DNA from: an uncultured Gemmatimonadales bacterium
GTDB taxonomy: Bacteria; Gemmatimonadota; Gemmatimonadetes; Gemmatimonadales; GWC2-71-9
Direction: 5' to 3'
Length of the DNA stretch: 64,000 nt
Assembly (NCBI GenBank): GCA_963842945.1
Contig: CAWJIM010000024.1
Coordinates: 224,001 to 288,000, forward strand
The notes beneath the pieces were generated by a model. The model had not been told where the DNA came from and made no database searches. It saw nothing but the letters and a program-made list of their open reading frames with translations. Positions 39,136-51,599 of the stretch are shown here, one piece after another (position 1 is the first letter of the stretch; each line of letters starts with the position of its first letter). The translations under genes were made by a program, and so were the position numbers.

Positions 39136-40789
39136 CCGGTGCTTCCCTGCTCCGCGCCCCACCGCAAAGACCAACGCGCTCACGGCCATCAGACACCACT
39201 CCATAAGCTGCCGCCACTCCGACATCGGACTGTCGCAGGCTGGACAGAATCTCCAGCGAGATTGGCCTGGTGTCGTAGGTGTACAGCATGATCGAGGTCA
39301 CGAAATCGCCGAAAGCGGTGACAAAGGCCAGGCTCGCACCCGCCACCAGAGCCGGCCGGAGCAGCGGTAAGGTCACTCTCCGCAGGGTACGCCACCAGCC
39401 GGCGCCCAGAGTGGCCGCCGCCTCATCCAGCGAGGGATCGAGCCCGCGAAGGCCGGCCAGCACCGCCCGGCCGGTAAGGGGCAGATTCCGGACGAGATAC
39501 GCAAGCGGAAGGATCCAGAGGGTGCCGACCAGAATGAACCGGCCGGCCAGCGGGGCATGAACGCTGAAGGCGGTGGCCAGCGCAATGGCGAACACGGTGC
39601 CGGGTACGGCCCATGGCAACGTCAGCAGACCCTGTATCGCGCCGCCGGTTCGGACTCGGCGCCGGACTGACAGAATCCCGGCGAACAGCGCGATGGCGAC
39701 GGCCATAGCCGTGGCGGCGGTGGCCATCCACAGGCTGTTCAGCAGCGGACGGGCCCGGACCGGATCCTGGACCAGAGTGAGATAGTTGCGCCAGGTGTAA
39801 GCTGGGGGAAGCGGCTCCGTCGTCCAGGTGCCGGCGGGCACGAACGAGACCAGCAGCAGCGTCAGGTGCGGCAGCAATAGCACCAGGGCCAGGCCCCATC
39901 CGAGCACCGCCACCAGCAACCGCGCCGCCCGGCTCCGAATCGGCACCAGCGCCGGCGCGACGCCTTTGCGGCCACCGCTCTGCTCGTTGGTGGCGCGCGC
40001 TCCCCGAAGCAGCCAGAGTGCCAGCAAGGCGAGCAGGGTGAGTGACGCGGTCTCGACCATCGCCAGCTGGTCGTCGCCGTTCAGCCGGGTGGCCACGATC
40101 TGGGTCGGCATGACCCGGAAGCCGCCGCCGAAGATGTAGGGCGCGCTGAATGACGCCAGCGCAGTCATGAAGGTGAGCAGCGCACCGCCGCCAAGCGAGG
40201 GTAGAGCAACGGCAGCACCACCCGGCGCAACGTGCGTCCCCGGCCGGCGCCGAGGCTGGCCGCCGCCTCGAACACCGAGGCATCGAGCGAAGACAGGCCT
40301 GCGCGGGTAAACAGATAGAAGTAGACGTACATCGAATAGGCGTGGACCAGGAGAATCGCGGCCGCGCCCTGCAGCCGCCAGGGCGGCTCATCCAGGCCGA
40401 ACAACCACTGGACCAGCAGCGACGGTGAAGCCGCTTTCGCCGTAGAGGAAGAGAAAGGCGATCACGCCGACCAGCGGCGGCAACACCGCCGGCAGTGCGA
40501 CCAGACCTCCCAGCGTCCTCCGGCCGGGAAAGTCGTAGCGCCAGAAGAGGAAGGCGAGCGGCACCCCGATGCCGGCGGCGAGAACGACGGTGGCCACCGA
40601 GATCCACAGGCTGCCCCACAGCGCCTGCGCCTCGTTGCGCCTGCGAAAGAACTGCCGCACGAACTCGAGGGTCCACCCATCAGGCCCGCGAAACCCTTCG
40701 ATCAGCACCAGCAGCAGCGGATACAACACCAGCCAGGCCAGGAACAGCAGCAGGACGCCCGCCGGCGACACTGGAGCGGCGTTCGCGCC

Positions 40790-40793
<4 letters not shown>
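39132..40793 (-). CDS. ABC transporter permease, Fe3+/FbpB-like (frameshifts)
   Basis: Two EAA motifs (FEAAASLGA, DEAAATLGA). Confidence 0.85.
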
Positions 40794-41869
<1,076 letters not shown>

Positions 41870-41873
<4 letters not shown>

Positions 41874-42920
41874 CGCTGGGCTCTTCCTGTACCGCGAACG
41901 TGCTGGTCCCAATAACTCATCCAGCCAGGCCCGTTGCGGGAGAGCAGACCCCAGTCCATGTCCGCCACCACCATTTCCCGCTCGACCTGCGCCACCCAGG
42001 CCGGTACCTGGTCGGGCGGCAGGTCCGTGCGGGCCGGCAGCCGGAACACTTCGCGCGCAGTGAGCAGCTGGGCAGCCTCACTTCCAACGTATTCGATGAA
42101 TGCGCGAGCTGCCTCGGGATGCCGAGACCCGCGAACCAACCCCACCGCATCGTCGATCACCACGGTACCACTGCTGGGAAAAACGTATCCCAGCGGAATC
42201 CCTTTGGCCTGACTGATCAGGATGTCCTGCAGGTCCCACAGACTGACCAGCCCCTCCTGCCGGGCGAGCTTCTCGTACAACAACGCCGGACTGATGGTGT
42301 ATGTCTTGGTCTGTGCGTCGAGACGGCGAAGCCAGCTCCATGCCCCATCCGGTGTCACCGGTTTGACGAAGACTTCGCACCAGGATGAGACCCCAGATGG
42401 CGCGCATGGTACCACTCGCCATAGGATCGCGGATGATGACCTTGTCACGCCAGCGCGGCAGCAGCACATCGTCCCAATCCTTGGGCGCTGCTTCCCGGGA
42501 CACCGCTCGGCTGTTGAACGCAATCACTGCAGGCGTCCGGTATACCGGGTAGTAGAAACCGCTCACCGTACTCCCGCTCATGTGTCCGGCCCAGGAGGGA
42601 CGATATGGAGTGAGCAGGGAGTCGTGAATGCCCCGATCGAAGATGGTGGCTCGGTCCACCGAACCAGACATCGGCCTGAGGATTTACCCGCTCGAACCGC
42701 AGTCGGTCCAGAATCTCCTGCGATCCCATATCCAGCCAACGCACATCAATATCGGGCCGGCGCCGCTCGAAGTCGCGCTCCAGCAGCTCGAGCTGATCCC
42801 GCCCGTGGGGCGAGTAGAGCACGACTGGTGTTCGGTGATCGGAGGTGCAGGAGACAGCGGAGAAGACGGAGAGGATGGACCAGGCAAAGAGTATGGGACG
42901 GGCGGATTCGCACGGGTCAT
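41870..42920 (-). CDS. ABC transporter substrate-binding lipoprotein (frameshifts)
   Basis: [29 protein letters not shown]. Confidence 0.82.
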
Positions 42921-45642
42921 TGCCGCAGGGCCAGGAGATTGGCAAACAGACGGAATGCCCCCGGCACTCCGGCCGGCAACTGTCGGAAGAAACTCAGGCC
43001 GGTGTACACATAGGTGCCCTTGCCCAGAGTCGCGATCAGCAGGCCACCCGAGAGCGGCGCCTCACCCGGGTCATGGGTCTCCAGCACCGGGCGGTAATGC
43101 CGATCCCAGCTGCGCGCGAAATAGAGTCCCCGCTCCTGGATCCACCCTTTCCAGTCGGCGGAGGCGAGACGGTTCGGTTTCCGGAACAGCGGATGATCCG
43201 GGACCAGGAGGTGAACCGGAGCGTGTTCATCCACCACGCGGTCGTGGCTTACCGGCAGCGCGGAACGGCTGGCTGCCGATGTCCTGTCGCCCGTGCCCGG
43301 CGGCGGAAGCGGCGGGCCGCCCACCTTCATCGGAAATGGCGCGAAGCCGCCGTTGAAGAACCGCTGCTGCTGATATTGGACGATGACCAGACCGCCGCGG
43401 CGGGCATAGTTCAGCAGCCGCCGGTTGTTCTCCACCAGCGCTGGATCTGTTTCGTAGGCCCGGGGACCAATCACGATGGCATCGAACCGGTCGAGATTTC
43501 CTCGCTCCAGAGTCTGTGGATTGAGCAGCGTGATCGGGAGCCCGACGTCAGTCAGAGCTTCCGGGCACCCGGTCTGCCGCTCCGCGGACGTAGCCAACCC
43601 GGGTCAGCCTGGGCAGCACCAGGGAAGCGAGCTGCAGCGTGGCGGAAGCATGCCGGGTGTACGCCCGGGGACGAATGTGGGGGTAATCCACGGTGTAGAG
43701 GCCAACATCGTAGGCCGTGCCGTTTGCGTCGCGGGCCACGGCCTTGATCTCCACTCTCCCCGACTTGATCTTGGACGGCGGTTTCACCTCGAAGTCGAAG
43801 GTCTCGCGCTCATCCTCAGCAGTAAAATTGAAGCGCTGCGGGGAAACGGCCGGCCAGCCCGGCGGCACCTGCAGACTGACGGTGCCACTCGTCGAGTCCC
43901 GTGCTCCGTGGGTCAAGGTGACGGTGAATCGATGGGGGGCCAGTGAGCTCAGCGGCCACAGCTCGGTGGACGGCTCCAGCTTGACGTCCACCCGGGGCAC
44001 AACGAACAGCGGCCGGCGCACCTCTCCCCTCGCCTGATCGTTGAATTGGAAGACCGCCTCCTGCGTGCGCGCGGCGCCCAAGCTGTCTCCCTCGCCCGCG
44101 TTGGCCTCGACCGTCCCCAGAAAGGTCGGTGACTCGAAGGGCTCTCCGTATGGCAGACTCCCGGCCACCCCTCCGGTCTGACTCTCGGGCCACCGGTATA
44201 TGTCCCCGGCGCGCGGCAGCATCAGGAAGTACGGCGTGGACAGGGGCTGTTCCAGCACTGGATAGTCGAGCGAGATGGTGCCCAGTTGTCCGGGAGGAGA
44301 TCGTCTGTGACGCGGTCGGCCGGTCAGGGCTGCGGCATTCTCCGAGCGGGATGCACTGCGCGGCCCGCATGTCGGCAATCCGCGGTCTATCCGAAGTATT
44401 CCAGGTGGAGAGCGTCCAGTGGAGCTGCTCATCGGGAACGACGCGGTCGTCGTCCACCAGCACGTCGAACACGGTTCCTCCCAGGTCCCAGGCCGCGGCG
44501 TTGAGATGCCCCAGCTGATCTTCCAGTTCGATTCCGCGGGTGTAATACACACCCCGTGCACCGGGAGAAGCCTGCGGCGGCACCGCCACGGCGCGGTCGA
44601 GATCACTCGCCGCTCGAGCCAGCAGCCCACGCTGGAGGCCGGGATTTCCCCGGGCGACGAGGAGGGAGTCGATTCGAGCCGAGTAACGCAGCAGCTCCGG
44701 CATGGCCGGAGAGGAGCGGACCAGGTCGGCTGAGCCGGATTTCCGCCGCTCGCCGAGCGGCATGGCCGACAGACTGGTATCGATGCCGCCAAAGAGCGCC
44801 ACGCCGGCCGAACCGGTGCGGTCCTCAACCAGAGAGAGTCTGACAGAGGATGGTCCCATGCGCTGCAGCTGTCCCATATCCTGGGAGCGGTGCAGGCTGC
44901 GCCCTGCCATGGCGATCTGGTGATAGGATTTCCCGACGGCTCGGTCGAACGTTCCGCCATTGAGGGTGAGGGTCGTGGCGCTGGAATCGAACCGGGCGCT
45001 GCGATACAGCTTGAGAACCGTCCAGGGCACCAGGCCCTCTTCGGCGAAGAGCTCGGGGAATCGGCTGGAGTCCCCGGCAATTCGAAACGCCTCGTGGGCA
45101 GACCAACCCGCGGCCTGATGTTGGCCATGTCCGTCGCGCGGGGTGCCGCTGAAGATCGAGACGATGATCTGAGGCCGAAACCGGCGAACGATTCTGACTA
45201 CATCCTTGAGAATCGTGTCCCGGGGCCAGTGCTGCCAGGTTTCGTCCATCGTCTTGGAAAAACCGAAATCATAGGCCCGGGTGAAGTACTGGCGGGCGCC
45301 ATCCAAACGCCGCGCGGCCAGCAGCTCCTCGGTCCGCAGCAGGCCCAGGGCCTCTCCCAGCTCTGGGCCGATGAGATTCTGGCCGCCCTCGCCCCGGTTG
45401 AGCGACAGATAGGCAGCCTCCGCTCCCATTCCTCGGACCAGGACCGTGAGTAGCTCGGTGTCCTCGTCGTCCGGATGAGCGCCGATCATCAATACCCGCT
45501 TGTAGTGCCCCAACATGCGGAGCTCCTGATCGAGCGCCACAACCCCGCCGTTGGAGGGCGGCTCGAGCTGCGCCGCTAATGGCAGCGTGAAAGCGAGCGA
45601 GATGGAAAGGATGGAAGCGACGGAGCGAAATTGCCGACGCAC
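42917..45642 (-). CDS. PIG-L family deacetylase with NEW3-like and C-terminal GATase-like domains (frameshifts)
   Basis: GAHPDDED, RGEGGQN, GHGQH, HRSQDMG, QERGLYF. Confidence 0.85.
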
Positions 45643-45696
45643 AGACCCGGCCGGAGTGGAGTGAGGCTGGAAGGTAATTGCGTCGGGAACGCTATG

Positions 45697-46200
45697 TCAT
45701 TGCGGAGCATCTCCCAGCGGGATCTCGCGGCAGGCGGCGCGAAAATCAGGGTGCCGGTTCCAGAGATACAGTCCCATGCAGGCCGCCGCGAGCGTATTCG
45801 CCACCACTACGGCCCAGAAGGGGAACAGCTCGTTGGTTCGCTCCGAGAACACCTCGAGCAGCCCATAAAACAGCACCTCGAACACCAGAAAGACCGGGAG
45901 GAGGGCGTACCGCACTACCGGGTCGCGCACTCCCCAGTGGACCAGCGCGACCAGGCCCATGCCGAGCAGCGCAAAGACCGCGAAGTGGAACGCGGTATAC
46001 ACCAGTATCGCTCCAAAGACCAGATGACTGGTGTCGGGAGTGGAGTCGCCGAACAAGACGACCTGACCCAGCAGACTCGGCGTCTGGAATGGGTGACCGG
46101 CAATGGTATCGAGGATGAGAAACCACGTGGCGACGGCGAGACCACCCAGGATCCCGACATCGGTGCCCTCAGCCATGGTGGAGTGGCTGGTATTCAGCAT
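45697..46200 (-). CDS. Hypothetical membrane protein
   Basis: About 4 TM helices; GAGGTGAGG SD. Confidence 0.8.
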   Translation of the reverse strand: MLNTSHSTMAEGTDVGILGGLAVATWFLILDTIAGHPFQTPSLLGQVVLFGDSTPDTSHLVFGAILVYTAFHFAVFALLGMGLVALVHWGVRDPVVRYALLPVFLVFEVLFYGLLEVFSERTNELFPFWAVVVANTLAAACMGLYLWNRHPDFRAACREIPLGDAPQ

Positions 46201-46320
46201 GCCTCACCTCCGGAGCAGGCCCTAGTGATGCCGCTAACGGATGCTTGCACATTGGGGCCGGAACCTCCGGAGCGCAAGGCGACAGGTTCGGCTGCTATCG
46301 TACTCATGATGTGTTCCGGG

Positions 46321-46653
46321 TCACTTGCCCCCGGACGAGGGCGTGCGAGTGCATTTGCCGCAGGGACACCCACGCAGCAGTTGTTCGAAGGTATAGATCC
46401 CCGTACTGTGGCCGTCGCTCCAGTGTATCCGGAGACCGTAGGACCCGACCAAAGCCAGGCTCAGCGGTTTGATGTCGGCGGGCACGGTGGCCGGATCGAG
46501 CAGTGGACGCCCGCTGATCTCCTCGACGCAGCCGGCACAGGGACAGGCCAGCCGAAGCAGTCGTGCCGGGAATAGCGCCTCGTGGCCCCGGTCATCCCAT
46601 TCGATGAGGATGCCGTCGTCGCGGCGGTTAATCGCGTAGGGAACCGGGATCAT
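46321..46653 (-). CDS. DUF971 / GBBH-N domain protein
   Basis: LRLACPCAGC, VGSYG, WSDGHSTGIY. Confidence 0.9.
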   Translation of the reverse strand: MIPVPYAINRRDDGILIEWDDRGHEALFPARLLRLACPCAGCVEEISGRPLLDPATVPADIKPLSLALVGSYGLRIHWSDGHSTGIYTFEQLLRGCPCGKCTRTPSSGGK

Positions 46654-46706
46654 GGGTGAGAGCTAAAGAGCTGGAAGTTGGGCGCTGGGAGGTTGGAGCT
46701 GGAAAG

Positions 46707-46741
46707 AAAAGACCCCCCGAGAACGAGGGGTCTTTGCTTTA
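46707..46741 (-). terminator. Intrinsic terminator after the sigma factor gene
   Basis: AAAAGACCCC...GGGGTCTTT hairpin. Confidence 0.6.
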
Positions 46742-46762
46742 AGCTCCCAGCTCGGCTTGCGA

Positions 46763-47656
46763 TCAGGCCACTAGATCCTTCAGTCGCTCTCCGGTTTCGC
46801 CCTCGCGCAAGCGAAGCAGAGCGCGATCCCGGAGCTGTCTGATCCGCTCGCGGGTGACCCCCATCATCCGGCCAATTTCCTCGAGGGTTCGGCTGTTGCC
46901 GTCGTCCAAACCAAAATAAAGCCGCAGCACCTTGGCGTCCCGGGGCGGCAAAGCGGCGAGGGCCGCTTCGATGTCCCGAGTCTGGCTGTTAGCCATGGTG
47001 CTCATGTCGGTGCTTTCCTGCTCACCGCTGGTGAACCTCTCGATCCGCTCGTTGCCTTCGCCGTCCCGGGTGGGGTGGTCCAACCGGACCGCCTCCGAGT
47101 TCAGCGCGCTCAGCGAGCGAACTGCCTCGACGGTGAGACCGGTAGCACGGGCGAGCTCCTCGGTGGTGGGCATGCGGCCCAGCCGGTCTTTCAGGAGCGT
47201 AGTAGTGCGGCCCAGCCGGCTTAGGTCAGCGGTTCGGTTCAGTGGAACCCGGACCGGCCTGCCGTGACGGGCGATGGCCGCCTGAACTGCCTGGCGAATC
47301 CACCAGACGGCATAGGAGATGAACTTGACCCCACGGTCCGGATCGAATTTCCGGGCCGCGGTCATGAGCCCGAGGTTTCCCTCGCCAATCAGATCAACCA
47401 GGGGAACTCCCCGGTTCTGGAACTTCTTGGCCACCGACACGACAAAACGCACGTTGTGACGGGCCAGGCGCTCCTGGGCTCCCACATTTCCCTTGAAGGC
47501 TTTACGGGCCAGCTCCATCTCCTCTTCCCGATTGAGGAGGGGGACCCGGCTGATCTCGTCGAGGTAGAGATCGAGACTTTCCCGGCCTTCATCGATTGCA
47601 CGGGCGATCTGCGCTGGTCGTACCGGCCGACGCTTGCTACGTGCCTTGATTGTCAC
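46763..47656 (-). CDS. Sigma-70 family factor, RpoD/SigA-like without region 1.1
   Basis: LDLYLDEI, DLIGEGNLGL, KFISYAVWWIRQ, TLEEIG..VTRERIRQ; GTG with GGAGG SD. Confidence 0.93.
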   Translation of the reverse strand: MTIKARSKRRPVRPAQIARAIDEGRESLDLYLDEISRVPLLNREEEMELARKAFKGNVGAQERLARHNVRFVVSVAKKFQNRGVPLVDLIGEGNLGLMTAARKFDPDRGVKFISYAVWWIRQAVQAAIARHGRPVRVPLNRTADLSRLGRTTTLLKDRLGRMPTTEELARATGLTVEAVRSLSALNSEAVRLDHPTRDGEGNERIERFTSGEQESTDMSTMANSQTRDIEAALAALPPRDAKVLRLYFGLDDGNSRTLEEIGRMMGVTRERIRQLRDRALLRLREGETGERLKDLVA

Positions 47657-47742
47657 GCTATTAGCCTCCCACGGGACCCGTGTCCCCTGCTCGGTGAACA
47701 GCCACGACTGAGGCCGAGCCAATTTGAAGTCGGCCAATATAC

Positions 47743-47775
47743 TACCTAAGATATGAGAAATCAACACCTTAGGTA
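47743..47775. promoter_or_regulatory. Inverted repeat containing an IHF-consensus site upstream of the sigma gene
   Basis: TACCTAAG..CTTAGGTA enclosing AATCAACACCTTA (WATCAANNNNTTR). Confidence 0.5.
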
Positions 47776-47931
47776 AATTGTAGCGGGATGGCGAGTTGCG
47801 GCACTGTGAGCGGCTTTAGAGCCGGAAATGGGCTCCGGCACGACTGTATGCAACTTTGGCAGGGCTGCGACGGCTCAATGCGCCCTTGGTGTAGCAATTT
47901 GGAACGGCTGTGTTCCGTTCCTTAATAGGGG

Positions 47932-48564
47932 TCAGTGGGGGGGCCCTCCCATTCCCTTCATCTCCTGCGGCTTTTCCTTGATGGACGACGTGGCACCTTC
48001 CCCGTGCTTTACCAGCTCCACCTGGAAGCCCTTGCCAGCAGCTTTGACCAGCGAGAATGGCACCTCGGGTGCAATCCAGCTGTCGGAGGCGTGCTCAGTG
48101 CTCTTGAAGTGGAGAGTCTCATAGCTGCCCCCAGGTACCGTGATCTTCTCCTTCCCTACCAGGCTTACACCCTTACACATGTCCGCGAAAAACGACTGCT
48201 TGTCCATCTGGCCGCGCACCATCTTCATCATGTCGCCGCCCATCTTCATGGCCGGCTGAGAACCAGATTTGAAGACGATCTCCTCAACCTGATTCAACTC
48301 CGTAAGGGTGCCGGGAACCAGCATCTGATAGACCGAATTTGCCGTCCCACCCTCCATCCGCAGCTCCACCCACTGCAGCTTCTTGCCGCCGCGATCCTCC
48401 TGCCCAACGACAGCGTATCGCACCATATACGGCTTGCTGTTGTAGGTACCCTCGTACTCTGACCAGCTACCCTGGGACGGGAATTTCATCTGGCTGATAC
48501 AGTCGCCCTGAGCCCATGCGGAAGGGGCCAGCGCAAAGAGTAGAGGAATAGCGAGCTTGTTCAT
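47932..48564 (-). CDS. Hypothetical secreted protein
   Basis: Signal peptide AWA-Q; ITVPGGSYET motif of DUF3108-like beta proteins. Confidence 0.75.
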   Translation of the reverse strand: MNKLAIPLLFALAPSAWAQGDCISQMKFPSQGSWSEYEGTYNSKPYMVRYAVVGQEDRGGKKLQWVELRMEGGTANSVYQMLVPGTLTELNQVEEIVFKSGSQPAMKMGGDMMKMVRGQMDKQSFFADMCKGVSLVGKEKITVPGGSYETLHFKSTEHASDSWIAPEVPFSLVKAAGKGFQVELVKHGEGATSSIKEKPQEMKGMGGPPH

Positions 48565-48586
48565 GGGGGGGAACCTCATGAGGAGA

Positions 48587-49993
48587 CTAATGCGTGCCGG
48601 GACCGGAGAGTTGCTTGACCAGCTCCCCAACCACGTTCTTGGCATCGCCGAAGAGCATCCAGGTACGCTCTGAAAAGTATAGCTCGTTGTCGATGCCGGC
48701 GAATCCCGGATTTTTGCTTCGCTTGATGGCAAACACGGTTCGGGCCTTGTCCGCATCGATGATCGGCATGCCGTAAATGGGACTGCTGTGGTCCGTGCGC
48801 GCCGCCGGATTGACCACGTCGTTCGCCCCCACCACCAGAGCCACATCGGCTTGAGGCATCTCGGGATTGATCTCCTCCATCTCCACGAGGTCGGTATAGG
48901 GAATGTCGGCCTCCGCCAGCAAGACGTTCATATGCCCAGGCATCCGGCCTGCCACCGGGTGAATGGCAAACTTGACGGTGACGCCGCGTTTCTTGAGCTG
49001 ATCGTAGAGCTCACGCACCTTGTGCTGAGCCTGAGCCACTGCCATGCCGTACCCAGGAACGATGACCACGAGATTGGACTGCTCCAGCACCTGCGCCCCG
49101 CCTTCGATGGTCTCCGACTTGTACTCTTTCTGGTCGCCCCCCGCCTTGGCCTGCTGAGTCTGTCCGAAAGCGCCGAACAAGACATTGGTAAAGGAGCGGT
49201 TCATCGCCCGGCACATGATGATGGCCAGGATCAAACCGCTCGAGCCGTCGAGGGCTCCCGCCGTGATCAGGAGCTTGTTGTCCAGCACGAATCCCATCGC
49301 GACGGCGGCAAGACCGGCGTAGGAATTCAGGATGGCGATCACCGTGGGCATGTCGGCGCCGCCGATTGGAATGATCAACAGCACGCCGAACATCAGCGCC
49401 AGCGCGATAATGATCGGGAACACCATTGGTGCCCAGCCCGCGGCGGGATGCAATGTGAGGAGGACTCCGACCAGCAAGGCCGCGCCCAGCAGAGCCAGGT
49501 TGCTGACGTTCTGAAACGGATACGTGACGGGTCGCTGGGGAATCCACTTCACCTCCTGCAGCTTTCCCGCCGCCATGAGACTTCCGGTAAAGGTGAGGAA
49601 GCCAAGGACCACCTCCACAATGATGGCCACCATCCGGAAGGTGGTCAGGTTCTCCGGCCCTTCCGAGAACCAGAGATAGTACTTGGCGGTGCCCACCAGC
49701 CCCGCGGCGAGACCGCCGAAGGCGTGGGACAGGGCGGTCCGCTGCGGAACCGCGGTCAAGGGAACGCGGGAGAGCGGGACGCCCACCACAAAGCCGGCGA
49801 GAATGGCCAGAGCAATCCAGCCATGGTGTACCACCTCGGGCTGGGCCCAGGTGACCACGATGGCGATGGTCATGGCGGCGACGCCGGCGTACACTCCGTT
49901 CCTGGCGGTCGCTGGAGTGTTCATCCAGTGGAGTGCGAAGATGAACAGCACCGTCGCTATCAGATAGGCGAGCTGGACGATGCCGTGGCTCAT
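48587..49993 (-). CDS. pntB: NAD(P) transhydrogenase beta subunit
   Basis: GGADMP, PGYGMAVAQAQ, HPVAGRMPGHMN, GANDVVNP. Confidence 0.97.
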   Translation of the reverse strand: MSHGIVQLAYLIATVLFIFALHWMNTPATARNGVYAGVAAMTIAIVVTWAQPEVVHHGWIALAILAGFVVGVPLSRVPLTAVPQRTALSHAFGGLAAGLVGTAKYYLWFSEGPENLTTFRMVAIIVEVVLGFLTFTGSLMAAGKLQEVKWIPQRPVTYPFQNVSNLALLGAALLVGVLLTLHPAAGWAPMVFPIIIALALMFGVLLIIPIGGADMPTVIAILNSYAGLAAVAMGFVLDNKLLITAGALDGSSGLILAIIMCRAMNRSFTNVLFGAFGQTQQAKAGGDQKEYKSETIEGGAQVLEQSNLVVIVPGYGMAVAQAQHKVRELYDQLKKRGVTVKFAIHPVAGRMPGHMNVLLAEADIPYTDLVEMEEINPEMPQADVALVVGANDVVNPAARTDHSSPIYGMPIIDADKARTVFAIKRSKNPGFAGIDNELYFSERTWMLFGDAKNVVGELVKQLSGPGTH

Positions 49994-50298
49994 TTGCGGT
50001 CAACCGGCTTCCGTTCCGACTTGAACATCTTGAGCATCCGGTCGGTGATCAGAAAGCCGCTCACGATGTTGGTCATCGAGGCGAACAGCGCGATGGCACC
50101 CAGGATGCGAATTCCCTGGGGATAGTCGGCCCCGGTAACGATGATCGAACCGACCACGGCAATGGCGGAGATGGCGTTGGTGATCGACATGAGCGGGGTG
50201 TGCAGCAGCCGCGAGACCCGGCGGATCACTCCCACCCCAATAAAGGAGGCGAGAACGAAGACGAACATCATGGACCAGAAATCGAGCGTTTGCGTCAT
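49990..50298 (-). CDS. pntA: NAD(P) transhydrogenase alpha subunit, part 2
   Basis: LHTPLMSITNAIS, TDRMLKMF. Confidence 0.95.
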   Translation of the reverse strand: MTQTLDFWSMMFVFVLASFIGVGVIRRVSRLLHTPLMSITNAISAIAVVGSIIVTGADYPQGIRILGAIALFASMTNIVSGFLITDRMLKMFKSERKPVDRK

Positions 50299-51449
50299 GC
50301 TCCCGCCTTCTGCAGGGCTTCCTGCGTGCGCTGGTGCTTCACCACCCCGTCGTGGGTGATGAGCGCACCCTGTTGGATGACATCGCTGAGATCGAGCTGA
50401 AACCGGTTCTCTTTGGTGAAAGCCTGCACGAAAGCGGTGAGATTGCGGGAGAAGAGCAGGCTTGCGTGGAGCGGCATGGATGAGGGAAGGTTGAGCGGCG
50501 CCAGAATGGTGACACCATGCGCCAGGATCTTTTCTCCAGGGCGAGACAACTCGCAGTTGCCTCCGCCTTCAGCAGCCAAGTCCACAATCACGGCGCCGGG
50601 TCGCATCGATCGCACCATCTCGGCGGAGATGAGGCGGGGCGCGAATACTCCCCCGATGAGCGCGGTGGTAATCACCACGTCCGACTGGCTGCACTGCGCC
50701 GCGAGCAGCTCCTGCTGCCGCCGGCGGTCCTCATCACTCAATTCCTTGGCGTAGCCACCTCCAGCCGAGGCCGCCTCTTTCAGCTCGATGCCCACGTACT
50801 TGGCCCCGACGCTCTCGATCTGCTCCTTGACCTCAGGCCGGACATCGGTGGCGAATACCGTGGCCCCAAGCCGCCGGGCGGTAGCTATGGCCTGAAGGCC
50901 GGCTACACCGGCCCCGATCACGAACACCTTTGCCGGGGGCACAGTGCCGGCGGCGGTCATCAACATGGGGAAGTACTTGTTGAGCTCGGTAGCCGCGAGG
51001 AGCGCGCCCTTATAGCCGGCTATGTTGGCCATCGAGGACAGGGTGTCCATCGTCTGGGCCCGGGTGGTGCGAGGGATCGCGTCGGTGGAGAACGCGGTCA
51101 CCCCCCGGTCAGCGAGAGCGCGGACCGCACTCAGGTTGCGCAACGGCATCAGAGACCCCAGGTAGACACTGCCTCGGCGCATCCACTGAACCTCGTCCCC
51201 CTGCCCGTTGCGGCTCTGTGGAGCATTGACCTTCAGCACGAGATCGGCGGAGGCCAGCACCACAGCGGGGTCGGCCTCGATCCCGACCCCGATCTCGCGG
51301 TACGCGGAGTCGGCGAACCCCGCGCTCTCCCCTGCCCCCGCCTCCAGCGAGACAGTGTAGCCCGACTGAACGAGCTTCTTGCAAGACTCCGGAACCAGCG
51401 CGACTCTGCGCTCGCCCGGCGAAGTCTCTTTGGGGACTCCGATATGCAT
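50295..51449 (-). CDS. pntA: NAD(P) transhydrogenase alpha subunit, part 1
   Basis: GERRVAL, MTAAGT, GAGVAGLQA, GGYAK, GGNCE. Confidence 0.96.
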   Translation of the reverse strand: MHIGVPKETSPGERRVALVPESCKKLVQSGYTVSLEAGAGESAGFADSAYREIGVGIEADPAVVLASADLVLKVNAPQSRNGQGDEVQWMRRGSVYLGSLMPLRNLSAVRALADRGVTAFSTDAIPRTTRAQTMDTLSSMANIAGYKGALLAATELNKYFPMLMTAAGTVPPAKVFVIGAGVAGLQAIATARRLGATVFATDVRPEVKEQIESVGAKYVGIELKEAASAGGGYAKELSDEDRRRQQELLAAQCSQSDVVITTALIGGVFAPRLISAEMVRSMRPGAVIVDLAAEGGGNCELSRPGEKILAHGVTILAPLNLPSSMPLHASLLFSRNLTAFVQAFTKENRFQLDLSDVIQQGALITHDGVVKHQRTQEALQKAGA

Positions 51450-51484
51450 TGGTGTAGGTCGCTGGTCTCGGGATAGGAAAAAGA

Positions 51485-51548
51485 AGTCTGGAGCCCGGAG
51501 TCCGAAGTCCCAGGCCTAGAGCTCAGGGTCTAGAGTCTAGAGTCTGAA
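51485..51548. repeat. Degenerate heptamer tandem array (AGTCTAG-like)
   Basis: AGTCTGG AGCCCGG AGTCCGA AGTCCCA..GGTCTAG AGTCTAG AGTCTGA. Confidence 0.7.
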
Positions 51549-51599
51549 GGCGATCTCGACTAGAGGGCCGAGGCCATCCCGGGACGATGACTCGCCCGC

